64,000 bases of DNA, from the NCBI GenBank assembly GCA_965204745.1, contig OZ242010.1, forward strand, positions 1,504,001 to 1,568,000. The letters are read 5' to 3'. The position numbers and the translations under genes were made by a program. Of the stretch, positions 1-10,133 are shown piece by piece (the first letter of the stretch is position 1; the number at the start of each line of letters is the position of its first letter). The notes beneath the pieces were generated by a model, which saw nothing but the letters and a program-made list of their open reading frames with translations, was not told the DNA's origin and did not search any database. Source of the stretch: Candidatus Latescibacterota bacterium (lineage in GTDB: Bacteria > Latescibacterota > UBA2968).

Positions 1-1425
1 GCCTGGCTCGGCGACGTCGATTGTCCAGCGGCCATTGCAGGCCATGCCCTTGCGGATCATCGCCTGATTCCAAGCGGCTTCGCTGTTTTCATTGTGCCAG
101 TCGTGCGTGGTGATCACCGAGACGGGTTCTCGGTCAGAGCCGACGACAATGGGCACATCTTCGCCAAAGCGTTCAGAAACGAGCGCCCACCAGTCCTCGT
201 AGTGTTGGCGCAACTCTGCGACGACTGCGGGATGCCGATCCGCGACATTGTGCCGTTGTTCGGGATCCACCTCCATGTCGTAGAGTTCGTCGCCGTTGAC
301 CAGACGCCAACGCTGCGTCATGGTCGCGCACTTGCGCCATTTGATCGGGGTCTCAACGCGCTGCGAGTCCGTGACCAAAACGCGGTCGGGCCAGTTGTCC
401 GCGCTGTCGAGGAGCGGTTTGACGCTCGCCCCGTTGATGCGCGCCATGGCCTCGTCGTCGATGGGCACGCCGCACAGGTCGCACAGGGTGGGCAAAAAGT
501 CGATGTTGGCGATGAGGGTGTCGATGTCGCGCCCGGCAGTGTATCCCCCGGCAGGCCAGTGAAAGAAGAAGGGCACGCGATGCCCCCCGTCGTATTCCGA
601 GCCTTTTTTTCCACGCATGCCCGCGTTGAACCCGTCTGTGACAAAGCCCTTGCCGTCGAGGTTGCAGCCGTTGGCCGTGCCATTGTCGGTCATGAAGATG
701 AAGATGGTGTTCTCCTCCAAGCCCTTTTCCCGGAGGAAGGCGCGCATGAGGCCCACGTTTTCGTCGATGTTGGTGATCATGCCGTAAAACCTGTCGCGTT
801 GCCCGGGCAGGTCATCCCCGTTGTAGAGTTCCCGGTAGTGATCTGCCACATTGAAGGGGCCGTGCGGCGCGTTGGTCGGAATGTAGCAGAAAAAGGGATC
901 GTCGCCGCAATCTGCGATGAATTTTTTGGCTTCGTCAAACCAGATGTCCGTGCAATAGCCCCTGAATTTTTCCGGGACCCCGTTGCGGAAGTACGTGTCG
1001 TTAAAATAGGTGTTGCCCCAGTAGTCCGGGGTTTGGTGGACGCCGCCGCCGCCGTGGTAGACGACTGTGTCAAAACCTCGGTCGTGGGGGTGAAACGGGT
1101 AGTTGTCGCCCAAATGCCACTTGCCAAACATGCCGGTGCGATACCCCGCGGCCTTAAAAAAGTCGGCGATAGTGGTTTCATCGCGGCGCAACAGGGAACG
1201 CCCGGCAATGGTGTGCCACACGCCCGTGCAGTTGCAATAGCGCCCGGTCATAATGCCGGCTCGCGTGGGCGCGCAAGTGGGGCCGACGTGGTAATTGGTA
1301 AAACGCACACTTTCCGCGTGCAATGCGTCGAGATTAGGCGTTTGGATGACGTCATTGCCATGACAACCCAGATCGCCATAGCCTTGATCATCGGTGATCA
1401 CAAAAACCACATTGGGAGAAGACAT
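1..1425 (-). CDS. Arylsulfatase (formylglycine-dependent), 3' end runs off the window
   Basis: Hand translation of the minus strand from ATG 1425 (AAGGAG RBS): MSSPNVVFVITDDQGYGDLGCHGNDVIQTPNLD...CAPTRAGIMTG, with the CxPxR motif. Absent from the ORF track because its stop lies outside the window. Confidence 0.92.
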   Translation of the reverse strand, partial: MSSPNVVFVITDDQGYGDLGCHGNDVIQTPNLDALHAESVRFTNYHVGPTCAPTRAGIMTGRYCNCTGVWHTIAGRSLLRRDETTIADFFKAAGYRTGMFGKWHLGDNYPFHPHDRGFDTVVYHGGGGVHQTPDYWGNTYFNDTYFRNGVPEKFRGYCTDIWFDEAKKFIADCGDDPFFCYIPTNAPHGPFNVADHYRELYNGDDLPGQRDRFYGMITNIDENVGLMRAFLREKGLEENTIFIFMTDNGTANGCNLDGKGFVTDGFNAGMRGKKGSEYDGGHRVPFFFHWPAGGYTAGRDIDTLIANIDFLPTLCDLCGVPIDDEAMARINGASVKPLLDSADNWPDRVLVTDSQRVETPIKWRKCATMTQRWRLVNGDELYDMEVDPEQRHNVADRHPAVVAELRQHYEDWWALVSERFGEDVPIVVGSDREPVSVITTHDWHNENSEAAWNQAMIRKGMACNGRWTIDVAEPG

Positions 1426-1492
1426 AATAAACTCCTTTGGGAAGTGAGAGGCGGGAGGTGAGAGGCGAGAAGTGAGATGGAAGTTTAGCCAC

Positions 1493-1522
1493 GAGCGGGG
1501 TACAACTGGCGACAGCCAGTTC
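1493..1522 (+). repeat. 30-bp hairpin repeat (GAGCGGGGTAC-AACTGGC-GACA-GCCAGTT-C), family A
   Basis: Related copies at 3766-3862 (three), 17942-17979 (variant), 28842-28871 (rc), 58080-58109 (rc) and 62477-62504. Confidence 0.9.
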
Positions 1523-1559
1523 AGACGCGCTTTATCGATCAGATTCTCGGTCATGCATT

Positions 1560-2363
1560 TCAAACCGTTTTCTGTAATTCCTTCAAATAATTCAGCGTAT
1601 CTCGGATACTCGCCTCAGTTGTATCGGACGCGCCTTTCTCCACGCACAGCGGGCCTGTGTAGCCTGCGGCGTCTAAAATTTTCAGACAGGTCTTCAACTG
1701 ATACCCCATCGTCTCGCCATCTCGCGTCCAGGTTTGCGCGCCATCGTCGCTGTAATTGAACACCTTGACATGGCATGAAAACGCCCGCGGAGCCAGCACG
1801 CGCATGCCGGCTTCCCAATCCCCATCCGGAAAATTCGCCGTATCGGGACAAGTCGCAAACCAATCCGAATCCACGCCATCCAAAATCCGTTGCAAATTGC
1901 CAGCCGAAGACGACACCCCGCCGTGGTTTTCCACCAGCAACCGCACACCGGCCTGCTCGCCCACGGACACCAACTCCCGATAGCCCGCGATCACCCGGTG
2001 CATGGCCTCATCGTCGTCTGTGTGCCCCGTATTGATCCGGATGGCTTCAGAACCCACGGCCGCTGCCGTGTAAAACCACTGCTTCAACGCCTCCAAATCC
2101 GTGCGGCGCACCGCCTCATCTGCACCCGCGATATTGCCCATATCCACGGCGATATTACGCACGGACAGCCCATTGTCGGCCAGCCGCCTCCGAAGCTCAT
2201 TCAAATACCGCGCATCCTGGCTCTCAAAAAACCGCGAACACAACTCCACGGTCTTCACGCCATGCGCGGCACACACCGCGGGAAACGCCAGCAAAGTCAA
2301 CGACTTCTCCCGCAAAATTTCACCACTGACCACCCATCCAGCGATGCCGAGTTCACATTCCAT
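1560..2363 (-). CDS. Sugar phosphate isomerase/epimerase, xylose-isomerase-like TIM barrel
   Basis: Motifs VENHGG, CPDTANF, HVK and LCVE; GGAG RBS before ATG 2363. Confidence 0.85.
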   Translation of the reverse strand: MECELGIAGWVVSGEILREKSLTLLAFPAVCAAHGVKTVELCSRFFESQDARYLNELRRRLADNGLSVRNIAVDMGNIAGADEAVRRTDLEALKQWFYTAAAVGSEAIRINTGHTDDDEAMHRVIAGYRELVSVGEQAGVRLLVENHGGVSSSAGNLQRILDGVDSDWFATCPDTANFPDGDWEAGMRVLAPRAFSCHVKVFNYSDDGAQTWTRDGETMGYQLKTCLKILDAAGYTGPLCVEKGASDTTEASIRDTLNYLKELQKTV

Positions 2364-2409
2364 GGTCATCTCCACAAAAAAAGTAAGAGGATTGAGAAGG
2401 CCACCCATC

Positions 2410-2979
2410 CTAATCCGTCCAACTCATAACTTCATTCAAAGACTTCCGCCGCGCTTCTGGGATTTCGTCCGGATAGCCCGAATAGAAAAAGCCGATGATG
2501 TATTCCTTATCCGCGTCGATACCCAGCGCGTCATAAGTACTTCTTTCCAACGTAATCGGCCCGGTGCTCCACTGCATGCCGACCCCTTCTGCCCATGCAA
2601 TTAGTTGCACATTTTGCATCGCACAACACGCCGCCGCGTAATCTTCTCGGTTCTTCACCTCGTCGCCATCTTGCAAACACGCCACCGCAACAATGGTCGG
2701 CTTCGACATAAACTTGGCATAGCCCGCTTCATTCAAGATCCTTCTCGCCTCGTCACTCGCGCTTTCAGCGGCCTTGGCCTCCTGAATTTCAGCGTAGCGT
2801 CTCGCCAGCCGCTCTTTGGTCTGTTCGCCCAACACCACAAAACGCCACGGCTCGGTCAAATGGTGATTGGGCGCCCACAGGCCGGCCTCAAAAATTTTCT
2901 CAATCACCTCTTTGGGCACACCGCCCGGGCGAAACTTAAAAATCGTGCGCCGCGTGTGAATGGCCTTCAAAACATCCAT
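2410..2979 (-). CDS. Nitroreductase family protein
   Basis: MDVLKAIHTRRTIFKF...APNHHLTEPWRFVV...AMQNVQLIAWAEGVG; GGAGG RBS. Confidence 0.9.
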   Translation of the reverse strand: MDVLKAIHTRRTIFKFRPGGVPKEVIEKIFEAGLWAPNHHLTEPWRFVVLGEQTKERLARRYAEIQEAKAAESASDEARRILNEAGYAKFMSKPTIVAVACLQDGDEVKNREDYAAACCAMQNVQLIAWAEGVGMQWSTGPITLERSTYDALGIDADKEYIIGFFYSGYPDEIPEARRKSLNEVMSWTD

Positions 2980-3109
2980 CGCGTACCTCCTATTGGATCT
3001 CCGTGAAAGTGACAAAAAAAAATAAGGCAGAATCTCGAAAAAAGAAAGGAGAAAGAAGAACGATTTGACGGGTTCTCCTTTCTCCTTTTCAGTGACAGAT
3101 CCAACGCAT

Positions 3110-3700
3110 TCATTGCGATTTTCGCACCAGCACGTTGGTCTCTTCAAACAAGTCAAACAAGCCCTCGATCTCGGGGGCCTGCGTTTTAAGAAAATTGTAA
3201 TTCTCCAAACGGGTTGCGGTAATCGCGATAGATCCCTTTTCCGGCTCGACATGGGGCAGTACATTGGGATGCTGTTTGAGAAAGTCGTGGAGTATGAACG
3301 GATCCATGAGCAAAAAATCCATCTTTGCATCGGTCAAACGCACCTTTGCAACCGTGTGCATCGGCAACAAATATAAAAGTCGGTCAACCGGCCAGTCGTC
3401 GGGACGTTCAGCCACGAGATCGAGAAAGACCTGGCGGTCAATGCCAAACGCAGTGCCGATAAAACGCATGGTATCGGACTCGGTGGTGATATGCACGCGC
3501 ATCGCGTTTTCTTTTTTTAGTTTTTCAATTTTGACCCATATCCCATTCTCCGCGTTGTGCCAACTTCCCGCGAACAAATCCGAATTGACTTCCGCGCTTT
3601 CGGGAAAAACCGGCATCGCGAAATTGGCAACGCCAAACTCGAAATTCTCGCAACCAGCCAAAAACAGCGCGAGAACAAGGGGCGCAATCCACCTGCTCAT
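3110..3700 (-). CDS. Hypothetical lipoprotein
   Basis: Signal peptide with lipobox LAGC; GGAGG RBS before ATG 3700. Confidence 0.75.
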   Translation of the reverse strand: MSRWIAPLVLALFLAGCENFEFGVANFAMPVFPESAEVNSDLFAGSWHNAENGIWVKIEKLKKENAMRVHITTESDTMRFIGTAFGIDRQVFLDLVAERPDDWPVDRLLYLLPMHTVAKVRLTDAKMDFLLMDPFILHDFLKQHPNVLPHVEPEKGSIAITATRLENYNFLKTQAPEIEGLFDLFEETNVLVRKSQ

Positions 3701-3765
3701 AACAACCTCCAAACGGAAGACGTGAGACGTGAGACGTAAGATGGGATTTTAGCCACAAAAGGCAC

Positions 3766-3862
3766 GAGCGGGGTACAACTGGCGACAGCCAGTTCAAAGG
3801 CACAAAAGGGGTACAACTGGCAATAGCCAGTTCAAAGGGGTACAACTGGCGATAGCCCGTTC
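3766..3862 (+). repeat. Three tandem family-A hairpin units inside a CACAAAAGGCACAAAA repeat
   Basis: GGGGTACAACTGGC(G/A)A(C/T)AGCC(A/C)GTTC at 3766-3795, 3808-3833 and 3837-3862. Confidence 0.9.
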
Positions 3863-3980
3863 AAAGGCGGGCAGCGACGATGCCCCTCGCCCAAATATAC
3901 GAGACGGGAGACGTAATATTAGAGGCTTGACCCAAAGAGACTGCCTGCGTCTACCTACATTCATCGGTGTTCATCCCGGC

Positions 3981-5843
3981 TTACACCCGTAGCCCCGCGC
4001 AAATCGCCGTTGCGAGTTTGAGGCTCACGCCCTTCACCTGTGCCACATCTTCAACCGTTGCCTCGCGCACGCGCTTGACAGAGCCAAAGTGTTTCAACAA
4101 CGCCTTGCGCCGCGACGGCCCCACCCCGGGAATATCGTCCAACTCCGATGTCAATGTGCGCTTCTGGCGCAACTTGCGGTGATGGGCTATCGCAAACCGA
4201 TGCGACTCATCCCGCAACATCTGCAACAACTTCAGGGACGACGAAGTCTTGGGGATATTCTGCGCGTTGGACAGCCCTGGCAAAAACACCTCCTCCAACC
4301 GCTTTGCCAAGCCGACCACCGGTTGATCCGCAATGCCCAATGCCCGCAATGCCGCAACCGCGCTCGACAGTTGCCCCTTGCCTCCATCGACCAACAGCAA
4401 ATCCGGAAACGGCTTGTTCTCCTCCATCAGCCGCTTGAACCGCCGCGTCACCACCTGCTGCATCATCGCAAAATCATTGGGACCCTCGATGCCCGTAATC
4501 TTAAAATGCCGGTACTCGCGTTTTCGCGCCCTGCCATCGACAAAACACACCAGCGACGCCACCGGGTCCGACCCTTGAATATTTGAAATATCCACCGCCT
4601 CGATCCAGCGCGGTGCCTTCTCTAAATGCAAATCGCGCTGGAGGGCCAGCACCGCGGCAGGTGCCTGTGACCGCCGGTTTTCGCGTTTCAGCCGCCGCTC
4701 GGTCAACAACAGCCGCGCATTGTTCTCGGCCATCTTCATCAGCCGAAACTTATCGCCCCGCTGCGGCAGGCGAATCTCGACCCCGGCCCTTGCCCGCTCG
4801 GAAAGCCAATCGAGCACGGTCTCGCGATCCTCGATATCGCACGGCAAACAGACCTCTTTCGGCACAAATGTGGCGGTCGCGTAAAACAACTGCACAAATG
4901 CCGACACCACCTCTTCTTCAGACGCATCGAGCACCCCGCCGACAAAGTAATTCTGCCGGCCGATCAACCGCCCATCGCGCACCTCCATCACCACCCCGCA
5001 CGCCTCGTCATCTTCCCGCGCTATCGCTATCGCGTCCCAATCCGTCAAATCATTCGACACCACCTTTTGCCGACTCGCCGCCTGTTCCAACGCTCGGATG
5101 CGGTCACGGTAAATCGCGGCCTCCTCGTATTTCAACGCCGCCGCCGCCCGCTTCATCCGCTCATCGAGCACGGTCATCACCTGCCTGTGCCGCCCCGTGA
5201 GAAACAACACGGCTTCATCGATGATCTTTTGATACGCCTCGGCCACAATCAACCCCTCGCACGGCCCGTCGCACCGCTTGATCTCGTAATCGAGACACAC
5301 GCGCACCTTGGCCTTTGGCAAATCGTAGTGGCAACTCCGAATCCGAAACAAGCGGTGCATCGTCTCCAACATGCGCCGCATCGCCTTCACATCCGTATAG
5401 GGCCCCAAATAGCGCGACCCGTCTTTGACCACCTCGCGCGTCACCACGATGCGGGGAAACCGCTCTTTTGTAATGCGGATATAGGGATACTTCTTGTCGT
5501 CCTTCAAGCTGATATTGTAACGCGGTTTGTGGGTCTTGATCAAATTGGATTCCAAAATCAACGCTTCCAACTCCGTATCCGTCACGATGTACTCCAAATC
5601 GCGCACACTGCGAACCAAGGCCCGAAATTGCCGCCGCCCATCATTGGCCTGGGGCCGAAAATACTGTTGCACCCGGCTCCGCAACACCTTGGCCTTGCCG
5701 ATATAAATAATCTGCCCCTCCTCGCCCTTCATGATGTACACCCCAGGCTCTCTGGGCATCAACCCCACAACGCCATCAATACGCTCGCGCATCGCCTTGC
5801 GACTCGCATCCCTACTTTTCGTTCCCTCAGCCAACGGCCTCAT
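3981..5843 (-). CDS. uvrC: Excinuclease ABC subunit C
   Basis: GIY-YIG (PGVYIMK...IYIGKAK), UVR domain, DGGKGQL, RDESHRFA and C-terminal HhH. Start uncertain (5843 or 5792). Confidence 0.97.
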   Translation of the reverse strand: MRPLAEGTKSRDASRKAMRERIDGVVGLMPREPGVYIMKGEEGQIIYIGKAKVLRSRVQQYFRPQANDGRRQFRALVRSVRDLEYIVTDTELEALILESNLIKTHKPRYNISLKDDKKYPYIRITKERFPRIVVTREVVKDGSRYLGPYTDVKAMRRMLETMHRLFRIRSCHYDLPKAKVRVCLDYEIKRCDGPCEGLIVAEAYQKIIDEAVLFLTGRHRQVMTVLDERMKRAAAALKYEEAAIYRDRIRALEQAASRQKVVSNDLTDWDAIAIAREDDEACGVVMEVRDGRLIGRQNYFVGGVLDASEEEVVSAFVQLFYATATFVPKEVCLPCDIEDRETVLDWLSERARAGVEIRLPQRGDKFRLMKMAENNARLLLTERRLKRENRRSQAPAAVLALQRDLHLEKAPRWIEAVDISNIQGSDPVASLVCFVDGRARKREYRHFKITGIEGPNDFAMMQQVVTRRFKRLMEENKPFPDLLLVDGGKGQLSSAVAALRALGIADQPVVGLAKRLEEVFLPGLSNAQNIPKTSSSLKLLQMLRDESHRFAIAHHRKLRQKRTLTSELDDIPGVGPSRRKALLKHFGSVKRVREATVEDVAQVKGVSLKLATAICAGLRV

Positions 5844-5937
5844 CCTTTCTTTGCGCGAGCACGGGGCATCGCCGAAAAAGGTGAGAGGTGAGAAGGCCAC
5901 CCCTCTCCCCGCTTGCGTCTCGCGTCTTCCCTCTTTC

Positions 5938-6432
5938 CTACAAATCCACAATCTCCACCGCCATCGCATTCAAATCGAGAATGCCCACCGTCTCTCTGCC
6001 CGTCATCCAACCGCCAGCTTCGCCGGGGTTGACCACCAGCGTATCGCCCTCTCGCACATCGATCTCGTGCGTATGCCCGTAGAAAATCACGTCATACGCC
6101 CCACTCTGCGCCAAGGCATCCACCTCATCCGGTTCGTGCAACATCAAAACGCGCTTGCCCTCCCATTCGTGAACATAAGGGGCGCGGTGAATCGGACCCA
6201 GGGCCTCGAAAAACGCCCGCAACCCGAACTTCTCGCCATCATTATTGCCGAAAACCCCGACAAATGGCACGCCCAAATCAGCCATCCAACGCGCATTGAA
6301 CGGCGCGATATAATCGCCCCCATGCAGCACCAACCCCACATCTCGCGCCTGAAACAGGGCAACCGCCTTTTCAATCGCGTGTTTATTATCGTGTGTGTCG
6401 GTCATCAAACCGACGAGATGCGCCTTTGCCAT
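5938..6432 (-). CDS. Metallophosphoesterase, YfcE/MJ0936 type
   Basis: DTHDN, GD, GNND, GHTH and NPGE motifs. Confidence 0.9.
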   Translation of the reverse strand: MAKAHLVGLMTDTHDNKHAIEKAVALFQARDVGLVLHGGDYIAPFNARWMADLGVPFVGVFGNNDGEKFGLRAFFEALGPIHRAPYVHEWEGKRVLMLHEPDEVDALAQSGAYDVIFYGHTHEIDVREGDTLVVNPGEAGGWMTGRETVGILDLNAMAVEIVDL

Positions 6433-6576
6433 CGCTTCAAACCCCCGCGTGAGAGACCGCGTCCAGAACCAAATAGTTGGGATAACTTACTTTTCGCGTT
6501 TTCATTTGTCAACATGCAAGCCCATACATTACATTTCCCTAAAAAGGGAAAAAGCAGTATCTTTGGTTTAGGCCCC

Positions 6577-6688
6577 ACCCCGCCCAACCCCTTCGGTGAG
6601 AGGTAAGACGGGAGAGGTGAGGCAACCCCGCCCAACCCCCTTCGGTGAGACGTAAGACGGGAGACGGGAGAGGTGAGGCAACCCCGCC
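6577..6688 (+). repeat. Two tandem copies of repeat family B (ACCCCGCCCAACCCCTTCGGTGAGACGTAAGACGGGAGAGGTGAGGCA)
   Basis: Further copies at ~17980-18040 and ~55414-55466; a degenerate copy at ~57135-57230. Confidence 0.85.
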
Positions 6689-6711
6689 ATCCATTCGAGG
6701 AGGAATCCCCC

Positions 6712-7590
6712 ATGCCGAAATTAAAAATCGGGCTTCCCTCTGGCAGTCTTCAAGAATCCACACTCAATTTATTTGCCAAAGCCGGTTATCGCATTCGCGC
6801 TAGCCATCGCTCGTACACGCCCGTCATTGACGATCCCGAACTCGAAGGCTTGTTCTTGCGCGCCCAAGAAATCGCCCACTATGTCGAACGCGGCGTGCTC
6901 GACATTGGCTTGACCGGCATCGACTGGATCCGCGAAAACGAAGCCGACGTAGTCGAAATCGCCGACTTTGCGTACAGCAAAACCACGTCCCAACCCGCGC
7001 GCTGGGTCATCGCCGTGCCCGAAAACTCCGGCATCCAAACCGTTCGGGACTTGCAGGGCAAGCGCGTCGCCACCGAACTGGTCACGGCCACGCGCAACTA
7101 CCTCAAAGACCAAGGCATCACTGCCGAAGTCGAATACTCGTGGGGATCTACCGAAGCCAAAGTTCGCGTGCCCGGCCTGGTCGATGCCATTGCCGAAATC
7201 ACCGAAACCGGCTCGTCCTTGCGCGCCAACAAATTGCGCGTTGTCGAAACCATGTTTGAAACCACGCCCCGGCTGATCGCCAACAAACAGACGTGGGCCG
7301 ATGCGTGGAAACGCGAAAAAGCGCGCAACATCGCCACCCTCCTCATCGGCGCGTTCAACGCCGAAGACAAAGTCGGCCTCAAAATGAACGTGCGCCGTGC
7401 GGACCTCGGTCGCATCGTCAAAAACCTGCCCGCGCTCAACAACCCCACGGTCGCCAACTTGCTCGACGAAAACTGGGTCGCCATCGAAGTCATCGTGGAT
7501 GAGCGCGTCGTGCGCGACATCATCCCCAAGCTCAAAAAACTCGGCGCAGAAGGCATCATCGAATACCCCCTCAACAAAGTGATTTACTGA
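6712..7590 (+). CDS. hisG: ATP phosphoribosyltransferase, long form
   Basis: LKIGLPSGSL, DIGLTGIDW, ITETGSSLRAN and a C-terminal regulatory domain; GAGGAGG RBS. Confidence 0.96.
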   Translation: MPKLKIGLPSGSLQESTLNLFAKAGYRIRASHRSYTPVIDDPELEGLFLRAQEIAHYVERGVLDIGLTGIDWIRENEADVVEIADFAYSKTTSQPARWVIAVPENSGIQTVRDLQGKRVATELVTATRNYLKDQGITAEVEYSWGSTEAKVRVPGLVDAIAEITETGSSLRANKLRVVETMFETTPRLIANKQTWADAWKREKARNIATLLIGAFNAEDKVGLKMNVRRADLGRIVKNLPALNNPTVANLLDENWVAIEVIVDERVVRDIIPKLKKLGAEGIIEYPLNKVIY

Positions 7591-7600
7591 ACGAAACAAA

Positions 7601-7677
7601 CTGGATTCCGACTTTCGTCAGAATGACAACGGGCGTCACCCCGGCGTTTTCCATGCCCGTTCCACCGTCATTCTGAC
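7601..7677. repeat. GTCATTC...GGAATCCAG-type palindromic REP with inverted partner arm
   Basis: CTGGATTCCGACTTTCGTCAGAATGAC at 7602-7628 pairs with GTCATTCTGAC at ~7667-7677. Confidence 0.65.
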
Positions 7678-7705
7678 CGCAACGGAGCACACGAGGTGAA
7701 ACGCC

Positions 7706-10126
7706 ATGCGGAGCAAACTTCCCATCCTCTGCCTCATCCTCTGCCTCATCTTGGGCTGTTCGCTGCGCTTTGTGGGACTGACGCGAGGGGACAGTTCGTT
7801 TGTGCTGAACGCAACCGGCCAATCCGAGGCCAGCAAGGCGTTTTATCATTTTCATCCGGACGAGACCACTGTCATCCAAGCCGCTTTGGGGCCCATCGAT
7901 CCCTTCGCCCCCAAACTCACCGCGTACGGCCTGCTACCCGTCTATCTCTTGCGAGGCGTCCTCGAATTGAATCGGGTCGTCTTCGGGTGGGACTTTGAAA
8001 ACCAGCAATCGCCCGATGGGACGCGCTACATCTACGTCACTGCTCGCGGGCTATCCGCGCTGATTTCCTGCGTCACGCTGTATCTTGTTTGGCTAGTGTG
8101 CGTCCGCTGGTTCGATGAACTGACGGGCCTGTTGGCTGTGTGCGTCGTCGCCGCGGCCCCAATCGCGATCCAACTGGCGCATTTTTACACCGTGGATAGC
8201 GCGTTCACCATGCTGATTCTCGCCAGCATGTACGCCCTGTTGCGTTCACTGGAACGCCCCGGTTGGCGGTGGTTCATCGCGACGGGCCTCCTGATAGGGC
8301 TCGCGGCATCCGTGCGCCTGATGGGCCTATCCGTGGGCCTCGTCTTGCTGGTCGGCTATGTCACGCGCCAGCGGCAACTCAAGGCCATCTTCGCCCCCCC
8401 TATTTATCTAGCAGGGCTGATAGCGGTGGTCGTGTTGCTCGCGCTCCAGCCCTATATCGCGACCAACTGGGACCTGCTTTCTCAGGACGTTTCGGGCATC
8501 TCTTTCGGGTTTGGGATGAAAGTCGCCCGAGGCGAGACCCTCTCCGCTTGGAGTTTGGTGGATGTACACACCACGCCTTACCTCTATCATTGGACCCATC
8601 TGTGGCCTTTGGGCGTAGGTTGGCCCCTGACCCTCCTCTTTCTCTTTGGAGTATCCTACGCACTTTGGAAAGTCGATCATCACAAAGGACTGATTCTGCT
8701 TTGGGCAGGGATTTATTTTTATGTGATTGGCGGTTTGCACACCAAGCCCATTCGGTATCTCCTGCCCCTGTTGCCGTTCTTCGCCCTCCTAACCGCAGCC
8801 TTTTGCGCTTGGCTCGTCCGCGCGCCGCGCTTTGTTTGGGCGCGGAGATTGGGCATCGCCATTTGCAGCGCGGCGTTCATTTACAGCACCGCGTACGGCA
8901 TTGCGTTTGCCGGCCTCTACGCCGAGGAAGACAGCCGCATCCAAGCCGCACGCTGGATAGACGAGCACATTCGGGCCACGAGTCGCATCGGCGTCGAACG
9001 GGGCGGGTTCTCCATGCGCGGCCTGATCGATTCCAAAAAATACGCCGTCCGCATCATCAACACCGGCACCCTCTTTGGCCTGCGCGGATTCATGACCTGC
9101 CAAGCCGAACTCACCTATCTCCTAAGTCAGTTACGCAACCCGGAGTATCTGGTCATCATCGACGCCAATCGCTACAAACAGTTCATCGCGGCACCCGAAC
9201 TCGTTCCGGGCGGCGTGACTTTTTATCACATGTTGATGGCCGGCGAATTGGGATTTGACCTCGTCCAGCGTTTTCGGCACTATCCCACGCTGGGAAGCAT
9301 CGCGTTCAAGGATGATGACAGCGAACCCACATTCACCGGATTTGACCATCCAACGGTCAGGATTTTCAAAAAACGGGATGAGGCGGCCTGGCAACGGGGT
9401 CAGGCACTCCTGCGAGAACGCCTCTCGTCAAACCCGCATTGTGTCGATTCCCTGCTGGCGACAGCCAGTTCCACCCTCCAATCGGGAAATTTTCACCAGA
9501 GTTTGCAAACCACCCGACAGGTCATAGCACAAGTGCCGCAATCCAAGTTGGCCCATCTCATCCAAGCGGAGATATACCGGCAGATGGGGCGCGCAACGCA
9601 CGAAGCCGTAGAACCCTATAACGCAGAGACGAAAAAGAGAAACAATCGGCATTTGATTTCCTGGGCGAGTGGGATGAGTTTATTTGACTTGGGCTTGACC
9701 GACTTGGCCTTGTTCGTCCTCGATTCGGGGACGCGACAAGTCCCCTATTTTTCCAGTGTTGGCGTTGTCAGTATGGCTAGTGCCTACGCCCACCTCGCCA
9801 CCATGATCTACGACCGCGAGCAAAAGGAAGCGGCAGAGAAAGTTTTCACCCTGTCAACCCAAATCCACCCGCTTCCTATGGCTTATTTCAACTTGGCCGT
9901 AATTGCCTTGGACGACGAGGACTACAAACGGGCAGCAACGCACCTCGAACAATCGTTGCAATTAGACGCCAACCAAGCCAACGCGCATGCGATTTTGGGG
10001 AAAATCAGGGCAGCGTTTCTACCCGATCCGGACAAGGCGCGCCATCACCTCAAAAAAGCCATTGAACTCGACCCCAACTTAGAGGCGGATTTGTCCGCGT
10101 GGCAAAAATTGATCCCCAACAAATAG
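7706..10126 (+). CDS. GT-C fold membrane glycosyltransferase (ArnT/PMT-like) with C-terminal TPRs
   Basis: FHPDE acidic loop motif, about 11 hydrophobic segments, AHFYTVD and RYLLPLLP; TPR-like helices at the C-terminus. Confidence 0.8.
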   Translation: MRSKLPILCLILCLILGCSLRFVGLTRGDSSFVLNATGQSEASKAFYHFHPDETTVIQAALGPIDPFAPKLTAYGLLPVYLLRGVLELNRVVFGWDFENQQSPDGTRYIYVTARGLSALISCVTLYLVWLVCVRWFDELTGLLAVCVVAAAPIAIQLAHFYTVDSAFTMLILASMYALLRSLERPGWRWFIATGLLIGLAASVRLMGLSVGLVLLVGYVTRQRQLKAIFAPPIYLAGLIAVVVLLALQPYIATNWDLLSQDVSGISFGFGMKVARGETLSAWSLVDVHTTPYLYHWTHLWPLGVGWPLTLLFLFGVSYALWKVDHHKGLILLWAGIYFYVIGGLHTKPIRYLLPLLPFFALLTAAFCAWLVRAPRFVWARRLGIAICSAAFIYSTAYGIAFAGLYAEEDSRIQAARWIDEHIRATSRIGVERGGFSMRGLIDSKKYAVRIINTGTLFGLRGFMTCQAELTYLLSQLRNPEYLVIIDANRYKQFIAAPELVPGGVTFYHMLMAGELGFDLVQRFRHYPTLGSIAFKDDDSEPTFTGFDHPTVRIFKKRDEAAWQRGQALLRERLSSNPHCVDSLLATASSTLQSGNFHQSLQTTRQVIAQVPQSKLAHLIQAEIYRQMGRATHEAVEPYNAETKKRNNRHLISWASGMSLFDLGLTDLALFVLDSGTRQVPYFSSVGVVSMASAYAHLATMIYDREQKEAAEKVFTLSTQIHPLPMAYFNLAVIALDDEDYKRAATHLEQSLQLDANQANAHAILGKIRAAFLPDPDKARHHLKKAIELDPNLEADLSAWQKLIPNK

Positions 10127-10133
10127 GAATGAC

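Noticed and set aside
94-1461. 455-aa plus-strand ORF
   Set aside because: Antisense shadow of the minus-strand arylsulfatase, which has an RBS and the CxPxR motif.
3766-3862. Possible mini-CRISPR of three palindromic repeats
   Set aside because: Spacers are only 12 and 3 nt, the unit is dispersed singly elsewhere, and no cas genes are present.
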